Source: Clarias gariepinus (lineage: Eukaryota). From it: a DNA stretch of 64,000 bases. Below are positions 62,157-64,000 of the stretch, piece after piece; position 1 is the first letter of the stretch; every line of letters starts with the position of its first letter. The DNA lies in the NCBI RefSeq assembly GCF_024256425.1, contig NC_071115.1:12590746-12654745 (forward strand), given 5' to 3'. The translations under genes and the position numbers were made by a program. The notes under the pieces were generated by a model that was given only the letters and a program-made list of their open reading frames with translations, was not told where the DNA came from and ran no database searches.

Positions 62157-62160
<4 letters not shown>

Positions 62161-62209
<49 letters not shown>
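62161..62209. repeat. compound (CT)n(CA)n microsatellite; similar (CT)n at about 61850-61890
   Basis: Direct read. Confidence 0.95.
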
Positions 62210-62759
62210 TTACATTCTGAGTGCCAATTTACGGTGACATTGACTTAGTCTTATCACCTATTCAGCACGTAATGATTTACAGTTCCAAATGGCTCTGAAA
62301 AGGGATTAAGAACAAGAACGGCTCCATACAGACTTTTCTCTTGTAAATAAGAACTAAGTGTGTGCTATTTGTTTCACTGAAATGAGTAAATATCATGCTT
62401 TAAAATGAACAAATGGGCAATAAAATAAAAATCAGAATGCCAGGCCATTAGTTTCCAAGGTAAAGCTGTCTAATTTGGGTGAGCCCTGCGCCCACAGTAG
62501 CCTCAGATCCTTGTTCTTGACTGACATGAGGAATATCAGTGTGTTTTTGTTTCTTCTTGCTTTTGTAGCCTAGTCACCTCAAGGGTTGGTTTACCTATGA
62601 GTTCTGAGATGCTTTTCTGCTCAGCATGGTTGTAAAGAGTAATTATTGAAATACCATTGACTTCTGGTCAGCTTCACTCATTAATAGGTCATTTCCACCA
62701 AGAGAACTGTAGTTACTGTTGTCATATTTCCCCCATTTTGCTATTCAACTTTACGACAC

Positions 62760-63235
62760 AATTAACCTGACACTCTTGAAATATACGGACACTATATTGC
62801 CACAAGTATTCGCCCTCCTGCCTTAATCCATAGGGTTTAATATAATGTTGGTCCACCATTTGCAGCTATAACAGCCACAACTCTTCCGGCCGGCTTTCAC
62901 AAGGTCCAAAATGTCTTTGTAGGCTGAAGCATTAAGAGTCCCTTTCACTGGAAGTAAGGGGCTGAGACCAATGACTGCGGATCAGTGCACAAACAAGGCC
63001 GATAAAGACATGGATAAGCGAGTTTGGTGTGGAAGAACTTGACTGGTTTGTGTCCCGACCTTAACCTATAGGACACCTTTGGGATGAATTAGAGTGGAGA
63101 CTGTGAGCCAGTCCAATATCAGTGTCTGACCTCACAAATGCGCTTCTGGAAGAATGGTTAATAATTCCCATGAACACACTCCTTAACCGTGTGGAAAGCC
63201 TTTACAGAAGAGTTGAAGCTGTGTTACGTTCCCTC
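62760..63235 (+). mobile_element. Tc1-like transposon remnant (frameshifted transposase fragments)
   Basis: The translation EFGVEELDWFVSRP.PIGHLWDELEWRL.ASPISVSDLTNALLEEWLIIPMNTLLNRVESLYRRVEA is typical of the Tc1 transposase C-terminus (..[28 protein letters not shown]...). Confidence 0.6.
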
Positions 63236-64000
63236 GTGTATTTGTTGTTTTCTTGTATCTGTTTCTTTGTCTCCTCTCTCTAAAGTATACTGCAGGTTCA
63301 GCACAGTGGTTGTCCGGGGTTCGCCAATCCTCCAATGAAACCAGACCTGTCGTTATAAAAGAGGCGGGGCTCCCTTGACTTGCCGTCAGTCGTCCTGCTT
63401 TCCGGCCAGCGGGCGGCTGTCCATTTTGTGTTGACTGCGCTTTGGTTTTGTGGTGAATTTAAGCTTGCCGTGTTTAGTCTGTATTCTGTCTTCGGCGGCT
63501 ATCAGTTAGCCTGATTCTGCTGTAGCTTGTTTAAACCTTCGAACACTCGAGACGTATGAAACACCTGCTATTGAATGACGTTTGTAATGAACCTTAAGCA
63601 CTGCTTTGCCTTAATTAATCCAGCTTTATTGTTATTTAAGTCTGGCTAAAATACCCAAGAGAAAGGAGACAGGTAAACTGGTAACTTAGAATTTAGTTTT
63701 TTGTTAATAGCAGGTAAGGAGTGACCACCACCTTTGTATTTTTGTTTTATTAGTTAGAGTAGTTTAGTTTGGGCGCCGCATGCGCCGAAGCTTCCGGTTT
63801 CTTTTCTACATTTTTGTTTGGTAGTTAGAGTATTTGGGTTGGGGTTTAGTTATCAGAACTTCTTTTGCTTTTGATAATTTCTTTGTTTTGGTGTCACTCA
63901 GTTTTCTCCTTTCCCTTTAATTTCTTTTGTTTTACATTTTTGAAATTGGTTAAAATAAAACTGCTTTTATCTTTATTCACTTGCCTGACGACTCTTCATG

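Noticed and set aside
1-64000. Expectation of a prokaryotic or phage-type novel system (defence island, CRISPR array, operon)
   Set aside because: The sequence is unmistakably vertebrate. It has GT-AG spliced genes with human orthologues, CpG-island promoters, AATAAA signals, tRNA-derived SINEs, Tc1 elements and abundant dinucleotide microsatellites. There are no operon-like ORF arrays, RBS-spaced genes or CRISPR repeat-spacer structure. The tandem repeats at 56160-56275 and elsewhere are simple microsatellites.

Overview
This window is vertebrate nuclear DNA, almost certainly from a teleost fish, not a prokaryotic or phage locus. It is AT-rich, dense in (TA)n, (CA)n and (GA)n microsatellites, carries tRNA-derived teleost SINEs and Tc1/mariner remnants, and holds spliced multi-exon genes with GT-AG introns. 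Four protein-coding genes can be reconstructed by hand from splice sites and homology. On the minus strand, nptxr (neuronal pentraxin receptor) has 5 exons at 3143-8954. Also on the minus strand, a cbx6-type Polycomb chromobox gene has 5 exons at 17501-23038; its chromodomain and C-box match CBX6 rather than CBX7 or CBX8. On the plus strand, baiap2l2 (I-BAR/IRSp53-family, Pinkbar-like) has 14 exons at 24622-37762, with a poly-A signal at 37823. On the minus strand a parvalbumin-like gene has three identifiable coding exons at 42594-43603. It carries a 1-bp frameshift, a Tc1 remnant sits next to its last visible splice donor, and no terminal exon could be found, so it is a candidate pseudogene. 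The order nptxr, cbx6, baiap2l2, pvalb mirrors human 22q13.1. The remainder (9-17.5 kb and 44-64 kb) is intergenic and repeat-rich, with SINE copies on both strands, at least four degraded Tc1-like transposon remnants and many microsatellites. I see no evidence of a novel biological system in the prokaryotic sense. The points most worth a second look are: (i) nptxr appears to start at a CUG codon in a perfect GCCACC Kozak context, with no in-frame ATG upstream of the signal-anchor; (ii) a CCAAT/CRE-containing CpG island inside nptxr intron 1; (iii) the frameshifted, Tc1-disrupted parvalbumin copy. The supplied ORF track uses bacterial alternative starts (GTG/TTG shown as M), so many track ORFs are antisense or intronic artefacts. 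All exon coordinates were derived by eye and may be off by a base.
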